Of a DNA stretch of 64,000 bases, positions 45,403 through 53,550 are shown piece by piece. Both the position numbers and the translations under genes were made by a program. How positions within the stretch are numbered: position 1 is the first letter of the stretch; each line of letters opens with the position of its first letter. The notes below the pieces were generated by a model that was not told the origin of the DNA, ran no database searches, and saw nothing but the letters and a program-made list of their open reading frames with translations. Source of the DNA: Brevinematales bacterium (GTDB lineage: Bacteria; Spirochaetota; Brevinematia; Brevinematales; Thermospiraceae); the NCBI GenBank assembly GCA_026417555.1, contig JAOADA010000001.1:273245-337244 (forward strand). The letters are read 5' to 3'.

Positions 45403-45819
45403 ATGATACCTACAAAGCGTTATGAAGCGGGGCAGTATATTATTCATGAGGACGATACTGACAAAACAATGTATATCATCATGGAAGGAAAAGTTCGTGT
45501 TGAAGCAAGGGATCCTACCACCGGCGAGATGGTGTCTCTGGCTGAGTTGGGGCCAAAAGATTTTTTTGGTGAGACAGCACTCCTTCTTGATCAACCAAGG
45601 AATGCCAGTGTCAAAGCCCTTACGTCGGTGGAGGTGTATCCTATTTCGAGTAAGGAAATGTTGGCTGATTATGTAGAGATTCATCCCCAATTTGCCCTTC
45701 GTATGATCATGATTATGGCGCGACGTGTTGACCAGATGAAGGAGGCTTACCTCAAGACCCATGGGTATCTTCAATATGCAAAGCAGATTCTTGCTTCTTT
45801 GTCTCAGAAAGGGGAGTGA
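45403..45819 (+). CDS. Stand-alone cyclic-nucleotide-binding (CAP_ED) domain protein, no DNA-binding domain
   Basis: 138-aa ORF with GGAGGGAG RBS. FFGETALLLDQPRNASVKA is the phosphate-binding cassette. Confidence 0.85.
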   Translation: MIPTKRYEAGQYIIHEDDTDKTMYIIMEGKVRVEARDPTTGEMVSLAELGPKDFFGETALLLDQPRNASVKALTSVEVYPISSKEMLADYVEIHPQFALRMIMIMARRVDQMKEAYLKTHGYLQYAKQILASLSQKGE

Positions 45820-45824
45820 AAAGA

Positions 45825-45853
45825 TTGCAAGAAGTCCTAAAAGAGTGTATAAT
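45825..45853 (+). promoter_or_regulatory. Sigma-70 promoter (TTGCAA-17-TATAAT)
   Basis: -35 at 45825-45830 and -10 at 45848-45853, 31 nt upstream of the STAS ATG at 45884. Confidence 0.6.
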
Positions 45854-45883
45854 ATTCTCATCGATAGAGAGAGGAGGAGTTCT

Positions 45884-46210
45884 ATGAAGTATGAGCTTTC
45901 CGAATATCATGGCAAAACGCTCTTGAAGATCAAAGAAAATCTTGTGACAGATCCCGATGCACGGGAATTCAAAGAGGTTTTGACCAACCTGATCGATAGT
46001 GGCAAGAAGGAGATCATTATAGACTTTACAGACATGGTATTCATTGGGAGTAGTGGGATAGGGAAGCTTCTTCTTGCGTACAAGAGGCTGGATGATATGG
46101 GGGGAAAACTCTACGTAACTGGTCTCAACAAGGATATTAAGGATCTTTTTATCACCTTTCGTTTGAATGAGTTTTTTCAGATTGTTGATGATGTGAGTCA
46201 GATTAAGTAG
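45884..46210 (+). CDS. STAS-domain anti-sigma-factor antagonist (SpoIIAA/RsbV-like)
   Basis: GAGGAGGAG RBS. 108-aa protein with DFTDMVFIGSSGIGKLL (conserved Ser). Confidence 0.85.
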   Translation: MKYELSEYHGKTLLKIKENLVTDPDAREFKEVLTNLIDSGKKEIIIDFTDMVFIGSSGIGKLLLAYKRLDDMGGKLYVTGLNKDIKDLFITFRLNEFFQIVDDVSQIK

Positions 46211-46215
46211 ATTCC

Positions 46216-48648
46216 ATGCCACTTGTGTTGTGGATACTTCTTGGAGCTGGAGTAGGTAGTCTCGCGACGTTGGGAATTATACGGTTTTTTTTCTCTGGGG
46301 AGAAGGGGGATGATAGTTTTTGGTTAGCAAGAATACTGAATCTCTATAGGCGTGATGTCTCGGTGCCTCAGGGAAGTGAGAATCGAGAAGAGATTCTTCA
46401 GTTTTTTCAAAGGGTTGTAGGTTTTCATGCGTATGAATTGTTGCGGCTTTCTTCCGAGGAAGTATGTGATGTGAAGCGTTCTGTTGAGCTTTCTTTTTCT
46501 GGGATTGCTCCTTTTCTCTCAGAGATTTCTTCTTCAACTTACTACCAACCTGTTCCTTTGTATGATGTGGGACCACTTTCTTCTCTTTTTGCCCCTATCT
46601 ATTCGTCTCGTGTGCATGTTGTGTGGGTATATGTGCTTCCTCTTTATCCCTTTGAGGTAAAGTATTTTCTCTTTCTTGTGATGCCAAAGCAAGCCTTGGG
46701 GAAAAAGCAGTCTTCAGTGGCTATGTTCTTGATGCGACAGTTTTTTCTCAATCTTTATCTTGAAGAGGAAACAAAACGTTATCGTGAAAGTCAGGAGTTT
46801 TTGTTTAGTGTGTTTAATAAGAATCCTGTGGGGTTGGGACTTACCAATAAAGATGGCGTACTTCGGAAGTACAATCGAGAATTTTTTGATATAGCAGGGG
46901 AAATCAAAAGGATTCAGTTTTTGATAGGGGAAGAACACTTTGAGTTTTTGAAAAAGAATCAGTATCTCGATATTCTGAAAATGTATAAGGATCTTTATCT
47001 TCATATTAAAGGTGGGGCCCTGTATGATGACATGGGAACCGTACGAGGATATATCTTTTCGGTCATCAATGAGACCAAAAGTTATCTCTTAACACAGAAG
47101 ATTTCCCAGAGTGAGGAGCAATTTCGCCAACTTTTTCAACAGCTTCCTGTAGGACTTGTTATTTTTGAACCTACGGGACGTATCTATCTGGTGAATGAGG
47201 CTTTCCTGTTCTTGGTAGGAGTGTACAATGAAAATGAGGTGTATCAAAAAAATATTCGAGACATTTTGAATATCACGGAAATGGATTTTCGCAATATCTT
47301 GCAGCAGGTTCAACGGAATCCTTTTTTGTATTTTCGGTTGGGACTTCGCGAGCAGTATGGCAATAGGGTGTTTTCTGTTCATATTCGTCCCCTTGTTTTG
47401 GGGGAACGTGAGGTGTTGCAGGCAACTTTGGAGGACGTGAGTCTGGAGAATGAGCTTTATCGCCAGTTGGATGAAAAATCTCGTCGAGTAGAAGAAGAAC
47501 TGATGACAGCCAAAAGGGTATGGGAGCATATTCTCACAATACCCACAATCTACAACTCCCGGATCCGTTTTGAGGTTTTCTCAAAGCCCTCTTCTCATTT
47601 GGGGGGGGATTTTTATGACCTTTTTGCGCTTGATGATACGCATATAGGAGTGGTGGTGGCGGATGTGTCTGGACATGGGGTTTCTGCTGCCTTGATCACT
47701 TCTATGCTCAAGATTTACTTTGAGTTTAATCCCAAAGATCCTCATAAGATATCGGATGTTCTTCGTTATTTGCATTATATCCTTTCGAAGGTTTTGCCAC
47801 CGGATCAGTTTGTCACTCTTTTTTATGGGGTGATTGATACTCAGACCTATACTATTACCTATATTAATTGTGGGAATCCTAAACCTCTCTATGTTTCTTA
47901 TCCAAGGAAACATGTGGGGGTGCTTGAGGGGATAGCCCCACCATTGGGGAGTTCCCATTCGGTGGTATTCTCAGACTATATCCGTACTGAGCGGTTGGGA
48001 GAGAATACGAGGCTTCTCTTTTATACGGATGGGTTGTTTGTTTTCAAGAATGAAGAGGGTTTTTTCAACCAGGAAGGGCTTCAGGTCTTGTTCTCTCGTT
48101 ATGCGGAAAACCAGATTCGGCGTGTTTTGCCAGAGATATATGACACTCTTTTAAAGTCGTATGTTCCCCTTACGGAGGATGATGCTACCATGGTCATGAT
48201 TGTTTTGGAGCCACCGCTTCGTACCAAACAGTATCTCTCTTTGCCGTCGAATGTTCTTGAAATAGATCATGCTATTGTGAAGATTCAGGCCAATATTCAA
48301 GCGGTCGTAGATCTTAATGATGATGAACGTTGGAGGTTGTATACTGCTTTGTATGAAGCGCTCATCAATGCAGTAGAGCATGGAAATCGATTTGATGTCC
48401 AGAAACGGGTACATGTGTTTTATCGTATTCTTTCACAGGCCATTGTGATCAAGGTGAGGGATGAGGGGAAAGGGTTTGTTCTAGAAGAGGTTCCCAATCC
48501 TTTGGATAGAGAAAATCTCTTAAAACCCTCTGGTCGTGGTATTTTTATGATACGTAAGTTGATGGACAGGGTCAAGTACAATCGTGTGGGAAATGAGGTG
48601 ATCATGTTGATGCGTTTTGAAAAGCCGGTGTGTAGGGGGGAACGGTGA
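46216..48648 (+). CDS. TM-PAS-PP2C(SpoIIE)-RsbW-like kinase fusion protein
   Basis: 810-aa ORF with an N-terminal TM helix. PAS (SEEQFRQLFQQLPVGLVIFEPTGRIYLVNEAF). SpoIIE (GGDFYDLFALDD...VVVADVSGHGVSAAL, YTDGL, DDATMVMI). C-terminal HATPase (YEALINAVEHGN, VRDEGKGF, SGRGIFMIRKLM). Confidence 0.85.
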   Translation: MPLVLWILLGAGVGSLATLGIIRFFFSGEKGDDSFWLARILNLYRRDVSVPQGSENREEILQFFQRVVGFHAYELLRLSSEEVCDVKRSVELSFSGIAPFLSEISSSTYYQPVPLYDVGPLSSLFAPIYSSRVHVVWVYVLPLYPFEVKYFLFLVMPKQALGKKQSSVAMFLMRQFFLNLYLEEETKRYRESQEFLFSVFNKNPVGLGLTNKDGVLRKYNREFFDIAGEIKRIQFLIGEEHFEFLKKNQYLDILKMYKDLYLHIKGGALYDDMGTVRGYIFSVINETKSYLLTQKISQSEEQFRQLFQQLPVGLVIFEPTGRIYLVNEAFLFLVGVYNENEVYQKNIRDILNITEMDFRNILQQVQRNPFLYFRLGLREQYGNRVFSVHIRPLVLGEREVLQATLEDVSLENELYRQLDEKSRRVEEELMTAKRVWEHILTIPTIYNSRIRFEVFSKPSSHLGGDFYDLFALDDTHIGVVVADVSGHGVSAALITSMLKIYFEFNPKDPHKISDVLRYLHYILSKVLPPDQFVTLFYGVIDTQTYTITYINCGNPKPLYVSYPRKHVGVLEGIAPPLGSSHSVVFSDYIRTERLGENTRLLFYTDGLFVFKNEEGFFNQEGLQVLFSRYAENQIRRVLPEIYDTLLKSYVPLTEDDATMVMIVLEPPLRTKQYLSLPSNVLEIDHAIVKIQANIQAVVDLNDDERWRLYTALYEALINAVEHGNRFDVQKRVHVFYRILSQAIVIKVRDEGKGFVLEEVPNPLDRENLLKPSGRGIFMIRKLMDRVKYNRVGNEVIMLMRFEKPVCRGER

Positions 48649-49529
48649 TCTATCATACCCCTATTATGGTAGAGGAGGTAATTCATTTTTTTTCTTCGTG
48701 TGCAGGAGGCGTGTTTGTGGATGCTACGTGTGGGGAAGGGGGACATAGCGAGGCTATAGTCTCTCGTCTTGCCTATGAGAGGCTTCTCTGTATTGATAGA
48801 GACAAGGATATTTTGGAAGTAGCAAAGGAAAGGCTTTGTCATTTCCCTCGAGTGAGTTTTTATCATGCAACCTTTGATCAATTGCCAGAGGTTTTGAAAG
48901 ATGCCGGGGTAGAAGGCTGTGATGCTATTCTTGCCGATTTAGGTGTTTCTATGTATCATTTTACCCTTCATGAAAAAACAAAAGGTCGTGGCCTTAGCTT
49001 GGCGGATGAAGATGGACTTGATATGCGGCTGGATACAAGGAGTGGGATGACAGCGGCTGAGCTTCTCAATACCTTTTCTCAAAAGGAAATTGCGGATATT
49101 CTCTACACCTACGGAGAGGAGTATGATGCTTACAAAATAGCGAGGGCTATTTGTCACAATAGACCTCTTCGAACAGCTGCGCAGCTAGCAAAGATTGTGC
49201 TTAGAGCCAAAAAAAGTCATGGTTACCACAAAATCCACCCAGCGACAAAAACGTTTCAAGCACTTCGAATTTTTTTGAATAAAGAATTAGAAATTCTCGA
49301 AAGTTTTTTGCCCTCTGCTGCCGATATTTTACATATCCATGGTCGTCTGGCAGTGATCAGTTTTCACTCGCTAGAGGATAGGGTAGTGAAACGGAGTTTC
49401 CAATCACTCGCCAAGGAGGGCAAAGTGGCGATTCTTACCCAAAAACCTGTGGTTCCGTCGACGGAGGAGATGAAGCGGAATCGGGCCTCTCGAAGTGCTA
49501 AGCTTCGAGTAGTGGAGAGATGTGTATGA
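48645..49529 (+). CDS. rsmH: 16S rRNA (cytosine1402-N4)-methyltransferase RsmH (MraW)
   Basis: GTGA overlap with the upstream stop. HTPIMVEEV, DATCGEGGHS, DLGVS, FHSLEDR and NRASRSAKLR motifs. Confidence 0.93.
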   Translation: MIYHTPIMVEEVIHFFSSCAGGVFVDATCGEGGHSEAIVSRLAYERLLCIDRDKDILEVAKERLCHFPRVSFYHATFDQLPEVLKDAGVEGCDAILADLGVSMYHFTLHEKTKGRGLSLADEDGLDMRLDTRSGMTAAELLNTFSQKEIADILYTYGEEYDAYKIARAICHNRPLRTAAQLAKIVLRAKKSHGYHKIHPATKTFQALRIFLNKELEILESFLPSAADILHIHGRLAVISFHSLEDRVVKRSFQSLAKEGKVAILTQKPVVPSTEEMKRNRASRSAKLRVVERCV

Positions 49530-49894
49530 TACCCCGGGGTATAAAATCCTTGTTGGTTTTGTCAGCCTTGTTTTTTCTCTTTGTGATAGGATTTTTTTTA
49601 ATTGAACAACGGCAGGCTGTTTTGATGACCAAACGGGAGATTCGTCGTTTTTCTCAGGTAGTGACCGTGACAGAGACTCGCCTTCAAGAAGTGATGATCA
49701 CACGTTCCAAGATCTCGTTGCCTTCGTTTTCGTCAGGTATGAGGATTGTTCCCGTGGGGTATAGGGATGTGTATCGTGTGGAGATTCCTTCTTCCGAAAC
49801 CCAAGAAGAGAGAGATCGTCGTTTTGTGGGATGGGTGCAGGTGTGTTTAGAGTGGATTGTAGAACGGTTTCCTTCGGCGAAAATGGAAATTTGA
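49526..49894 (+). CDS. FtsL-like small bitopic membrane protein (putative)
   Basis: ATGA overlap with the rsmH stop. A single TM helix (LLVLSALFFLFVIGFFLI) at the dcw position normally held by ftsL. No sequence-level proof. Confidence 0.45.
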   Translation: MIPRGIKSLLVLSALFFLFVIGFFLIEQRQAVLMTKREIRRFSQVVTVTETRLQEVMITRSKISLPSFSSGMRIVPVGYRDVYRVEIPSSETQEERDRRFVGWVQVCLEWIVERFPSAKMEI

Positions 49895-49920
49895 CACAAC
49901 AGGCTCGATGAGAGTATACT
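49891..49920 (+). promoter_or_regulatory. Sigma-70-type promoter (TTGACA-18-TATACT)
   Basis: -35 at 49891-49896 and -10 at 49915-49920, 25 nt upstream of the ATG at 49945. Confidence 0.5.
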
Positions 49921-49944
49921 ACAGACAAGGAGAGACAAAAGAGG

Positions 49945-50823
49945 ATGGGAGTTGGTATTGCTTTGGTAGGGGTATGTTTTGTTGGATGTCTGTGGGTCGT
50001 GTATGCGTATAGAGAGGCGAAGCGGGTTCATATCGAACATCTTACCCTGTATACTGATGGAATACAGAGTCCACTGACTATTATGCATCTCTCTGATTTG
50101 CATCTTTTTGGAAACATGAGTCGTTCGCGTTTACATCGTATTCAAGAAATCATCAAAGAGCAGCTCTCACCAGATGTGGATTTTATTTTTTTGACGGGAG
50201 ATCTGATTGATAAGAATTCAGGTATTGATGTGCTACGAGAGAATATTCTTCCTCTTTTGAAAGCCAAAGGAGGGGTATATGCTGTGTTAGGGAATCATGA
50301 TTATTTTGAGTACAATGTTCTTCATGTTTTTTCTCCCCTTTTTTTCCTTCATGAAAAGAAAAATACCGACATAGAAAGGCTTTTGAATGTCCTTATCGAA
50401 GGAGGGGTGAGGGTTCTTCGAAATGAGATTCTCTCGTTGTCTTATAAAGGGAATGCTCTGACTCTGATTGGGGTGGATAATTTTCTTCAGGGGAGGTATA
50501 GTTGGCCGGATTTGGCTATTCCCGAAGATGAGAGTTACAAAATGGTATTGGCTCATTTTCCTGATGTGATTCACCATATCAAGGGACGGGTGGATGTGGT
50601 TTTTAGTGGGCATACGCATGGGGGACAGATTACGGTATGGGGATACCCTCTTACGGCCAAGGCCAGGATACGTCGGCGAGAGGCAAGGGGGGCCTCTATT
50701 CATGATAATACAGTGTTGTATGTTTCCAAAGGAGTAGGAGTGAGTCATTATTTGCCACTGCGTTTTTTTGCCCATCCTGATGTGACGATGGTAAGAATAG
50801 AGGTAACCGATGAAAAGAAATAG
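49945..50823 (+). CDS. Membrane-anchored metallophosphoesterase
   Basis: 292-aa ORF with an N-terminal TM helix. Calcineurin-like motifs HLSDLH, GDLID, GNHD and GHTHGG. Confidence 0.8.
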   Translation: MGVGIALVGVCFVGCLWVVYAYREAKRVHIEHLTLYTDGIQSPLTIMHLSDLHLFGNMSRSRLHRIQEIIKEQLSPDVDFIFLTGDLIDKNSGIDVLRENILPLLKAKGGVYAVLGNHDYFEYNVLHVFSPLFFLHEKKNTDIERLLNVLIEGGVRVLRNEILSLSYKGNALTLIGVDNFLQGRYSWPDLAIPEDESYKMVLAHFPDVIHHIKGRVDVVFSGHTHGGQITVWGYPLTAKARIRRREARGASIHDNTVLYVSKGVGVSHYLPLRFFAHPDVTMVRIEVTDEKK

Positions 50824-51448
50824 AATAACCGTGTTTTTGTTTTTTTTCTTTGTGTGGTTGATAGGAAGGGTGTATGCCCAATCCACGGAGCTTTCCCTTG
50901 CCTCACAGGCCATAGCGAGAGGGCGATGGGAAGGAAGTTTAACCTACCAGATGCGAGCACTTTCTCTCTCAGCTTCGAATTTTTTGTCTCGGGTGCAAAC
51001 AGTACTTCCCCTTCCGTTGGGGATGGTGAGGCTTGGAATGACCAATAGTTATTATTTTACTTTTTCTCAGGATTTCGTGGATTATGAGTACCGGGTAGTA
51101 GCAGTGGTGAGCAATGAAAATTTTGTTTCCACTATTACGTGGTTGTATAGTGCCTCTCAGAATGAGCGCCTCTATAATCTGATGAAGAGTCTTCCTTATC
51201 TCACCCAGACTACTCTCTGGTGGCAAAGCAGGACAAATCAAGGCATGGTGTATACTCTCTGGAGAGAGAAGTCTACCTACACCACTTTGCGGGTTCTTCA
51301 GGAAAAAGACAATACTTTAGAAAAAGGTTTTTGTATCACGATTGAGGTCAATCCCATCAAAAAACTACCGACACAGGTGATTGAAGAATTTGTCTGGGAG
51401 TATGTCACAAAAAGTGACTGGAGAGATGTAGAGAGAATGCTTCGGTAG
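50810..51448 (+). CDS. Hypothetical secreted protein
   Basis: 212-aa ORF overlapping the upstream gene by 14 nt. Signal-like ITVFLFFFFVWLIGRVYA. I recognise no family. Confidence 0.5.
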   Translation: MKRNRITVFLFFFFVWLIGRVYAQSTELSLASQAIARGRWEGSLTYQMRALSLSASNFLSRVQTVLPLPLGMVRLGMTNSYYFTFSQDFVDYEYRVVAVVSNENFVSTITWLYSASQNERLYNLMKSLPYLTQTTLWWQSRTNQGMVYTLWREKSTYTTLRVLQEKDNTLEKGFCITIEVNPIKKLPTQVIEEFVWEYVTKSDWRDVERMLR

Positions 51449-51467
51449 CGAAATGCGAGGTGGGAAT

Positions 51468-53549
51468 ATGGCAGAAAGGCCAGAACTCAGTCGTGAAGAG
51501 ATTTTTGACCATATTGAAAGAGAACTTCTTGCCTCAAAGGGGGAGAGAAGGATTTTTCCTTTCAGAACAAAGAGTAATTATCTCATGGCATTTTTCATCA
51601 ATGCCGTGTTGATCTTTTTGGTTCTTGTGGGTGGCCTTGTGGTGTATGTAAGGTTTCGAGCAACGGAGTATAGTCTCATTGGAAGACCAGAAAATATCCG
51701 AGGACTAGAAGAGGCGCTCTACCAGGAACTTCAAAAAAAGATAGGACAAGAACTTGCTCAGAAAGAGGCAGAACTTGCTTCGACAAAGGCTCGTCTGGAG
51801 GAACTTGAAAAACGTATGGGATCCTACCGAGAGGAGTTACAGAAAAGCCTTGCAGCGGATCTTGAAAAAAAGCAAAAGGAACTTGAACAGAGATTACGGC
51901 AGTCTCTTGCAGAAGCTTCTACCTCAGAGCGCAAACGGCTTCTTGCTCAGTATGAAGAAGAGAGAAAGAAACTCTCTGAAACTCTCCAACAAGAGTATGC
52001 AAAGAAAGAAAAGGAGTATCAAGAACAACTTCTCCGTGAGCAACACGAGCTTCTTGCTCGTTCTTCAAACCAACAGGCGGCTCTTGAGACAGTACGTAGA
52101 GAACTTTCTTCGGTACAAACGGAGTATGAGACCAAACTCCGGGCGTTACAACAAACCAATCAGCAAACAATCGGCCTTTTGAGAAGTCAGTTGGCGATTC
52201 GTGAAAGAGAAGAGGCTTTTCGGACCCAGGTAGACGCAGAGTTTTCTGCCGCTATGCGTCTCATTCGAGAGGGGAAGTATGAAGAAGCCCAGAAAAGGCT
52301 TACCAACATCGTGCAGTTCTACCTTCAGAAGCCCAAGGATATTGAGGTATCTCAAACGAAGTACACACTTGATACCCTTTTTGTCGAAGCTTTGCAAGAA
52401 TATATCCGTTTGAAGCAGGGAGCAGTGGTTCAGGAGGTGTCTTCCGTTTCTCTTGCTCGTTTCAAAACCCTGTCGGAGGCTTTGCAAAGAGGAGTGTATG
52501 ATAAAAACACCAATCAATTGATGACAGAACTGAAAACCCTTGCGAGAGAAGTGCCAGAGGTGTTTGCTTTTTATAGTCAGTATCAGGATTTTCTTGGGAG
52601 AGTACAGACAGAACAGGTACAACAAGAGCTTCGGCAGGCAGAGGGTCTCTATGCTTTGAAGGATTATAAAGCGGCGATGATGGCGTACATTGCTATAGCA
52701 CGACGTTATCCTCTTAGTTCTCGTCAACAAGAGGTTTTTCAGAGAATTTCTGAGGCCATGAACCGGTGGCAACAAGAAATCCTCTCTCGTGAAAAGACCA
52801 ACCAACTGATTCTTACAAATTATGTGTTTGTGACAAACCAGAGTGTTTTTGGGCAGGGAGAGGTGAAAATGATAACCAACCTTGTTACCAATGATGTCCG
52901 CATTGGAAAGAAAGGGGATGAAGGTGAGGCTTCGAAGCTTTTTACTAACGCTCTCGAGAAGTATAAGAAAAATCCTTCTGAGGCACTTCCTGATTTTGTG
53001 GCTGTTATTGAAAAGTACCCCCTCACATCCTATGTTCCTCTTGCCTTGCAGTATATCCAACATACGTATACCTCACAGTCCTCTGGAAAAAGCCTCGAAG
53101 AACTCACTCAAAAGCAGGAACAACAGGCAAAAACCCTTTATACGGAGGCCGAAGAGGCTCGTCAGAGAGGAGAAAACCAAAAGGCATTGCAACTTTATCA
53201 GCAGGTAATTCTTCGTTGTCCCCTGTCTTCTTATGTAGACAAGAGTTTAGAGCATCTTGATACCTTGTACTACCGGCTCTTTGCGGGAACCAAAAGAGTG
53301 ACGGAGATAGAGCCATTGGTGAAGGCAAGGATTATGATGATAGAGGGAGATCTTCTGACACTTTCTTTGGTGAAAGGGGAGAGCCTTTCACTGGGGCAAC
53401 AGGTCAAAATCTACCGTCGCAAGAACACTACCGAGGTCGAAGAAATGGGAACAGCTGAGATTATTCGAGCTAACCAGCTGGTGGTTCAGGCAAAGGTAAA
53501 GGGGGTATTAGATACTCTTCGGGTCGGTGACCTGGTTGTGGGAGAATAG
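51468..53549 (+). CDS. Membrane-anchored coiled-coil protein with CpoB/YbgF-like TPR repeats
   Basis: ATG after GAGGTGGG. One TM helix, a ~200-aa E/K/Q-rich coiled coil, and three repeats ending in xYPLSS/TSY (ARRYPLSSRQ, IEKYPLTSYV, ILRCPLSSYV) as in YbgF-type TPRs. Confidence 0.55.
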   Translation: MAERPELSREEIFDHIERELLASKGERRIFPFRTKSNYLMAFFINAVLIFLVLVGGLVVYVRFRATEYSLIGRPENIRGLEEALYQELQKKIGQELAQKEAELASTKARLEELEKRMGSYREELQKSLAADLEKKQKELEQRLRQSLAEASTSERKRLLAQYEEERKKLSETLQQEYAKKEKEYQEQLLREQHELLARSSNQQAALETVRRELSSVQTEYETKLRALQQTNQQTIGLLRSQLAIREREEAFRTQVDAEFSAAMRLIREGKYEEAQKRLTNIVQFYLQKPKDIEVSQTKYTLDTLFVEALQEYIRLKQGAVVQEVSSVSLARFKTLSEALQRGVYDKNTNQLMTELKTLAREVPEVFAFYSQYQDFLGRVQTEQVQQELRQAEGLYALKDYKAAMMAYIAIARRYPLSSRQQEVFQRISEAMNRWQQEILSREKTNQLILTNYVFVTNQSVFGQGEVKMITNLVTNDVRIGKKGDEGEASKLFTNALEKYKKNPSEALPDFVAVIEKYPLTSYVPLALQYIQHTYTSQSSGKSLEELTQKQEQQAKTLYTEAEEARQRGENQKALQLYQQVILRCPLSSYVDKSLEHLDTLYYRLFAGTKRVTEIEPLVKARIMMIEGDLLTLSLVKGESLSLGQQVKIYRRKNTTEVEEMGTAEIIRANQLVVQAKVKGVLDTLRVGDLVVGE

Positions 53550-53550
53550 C

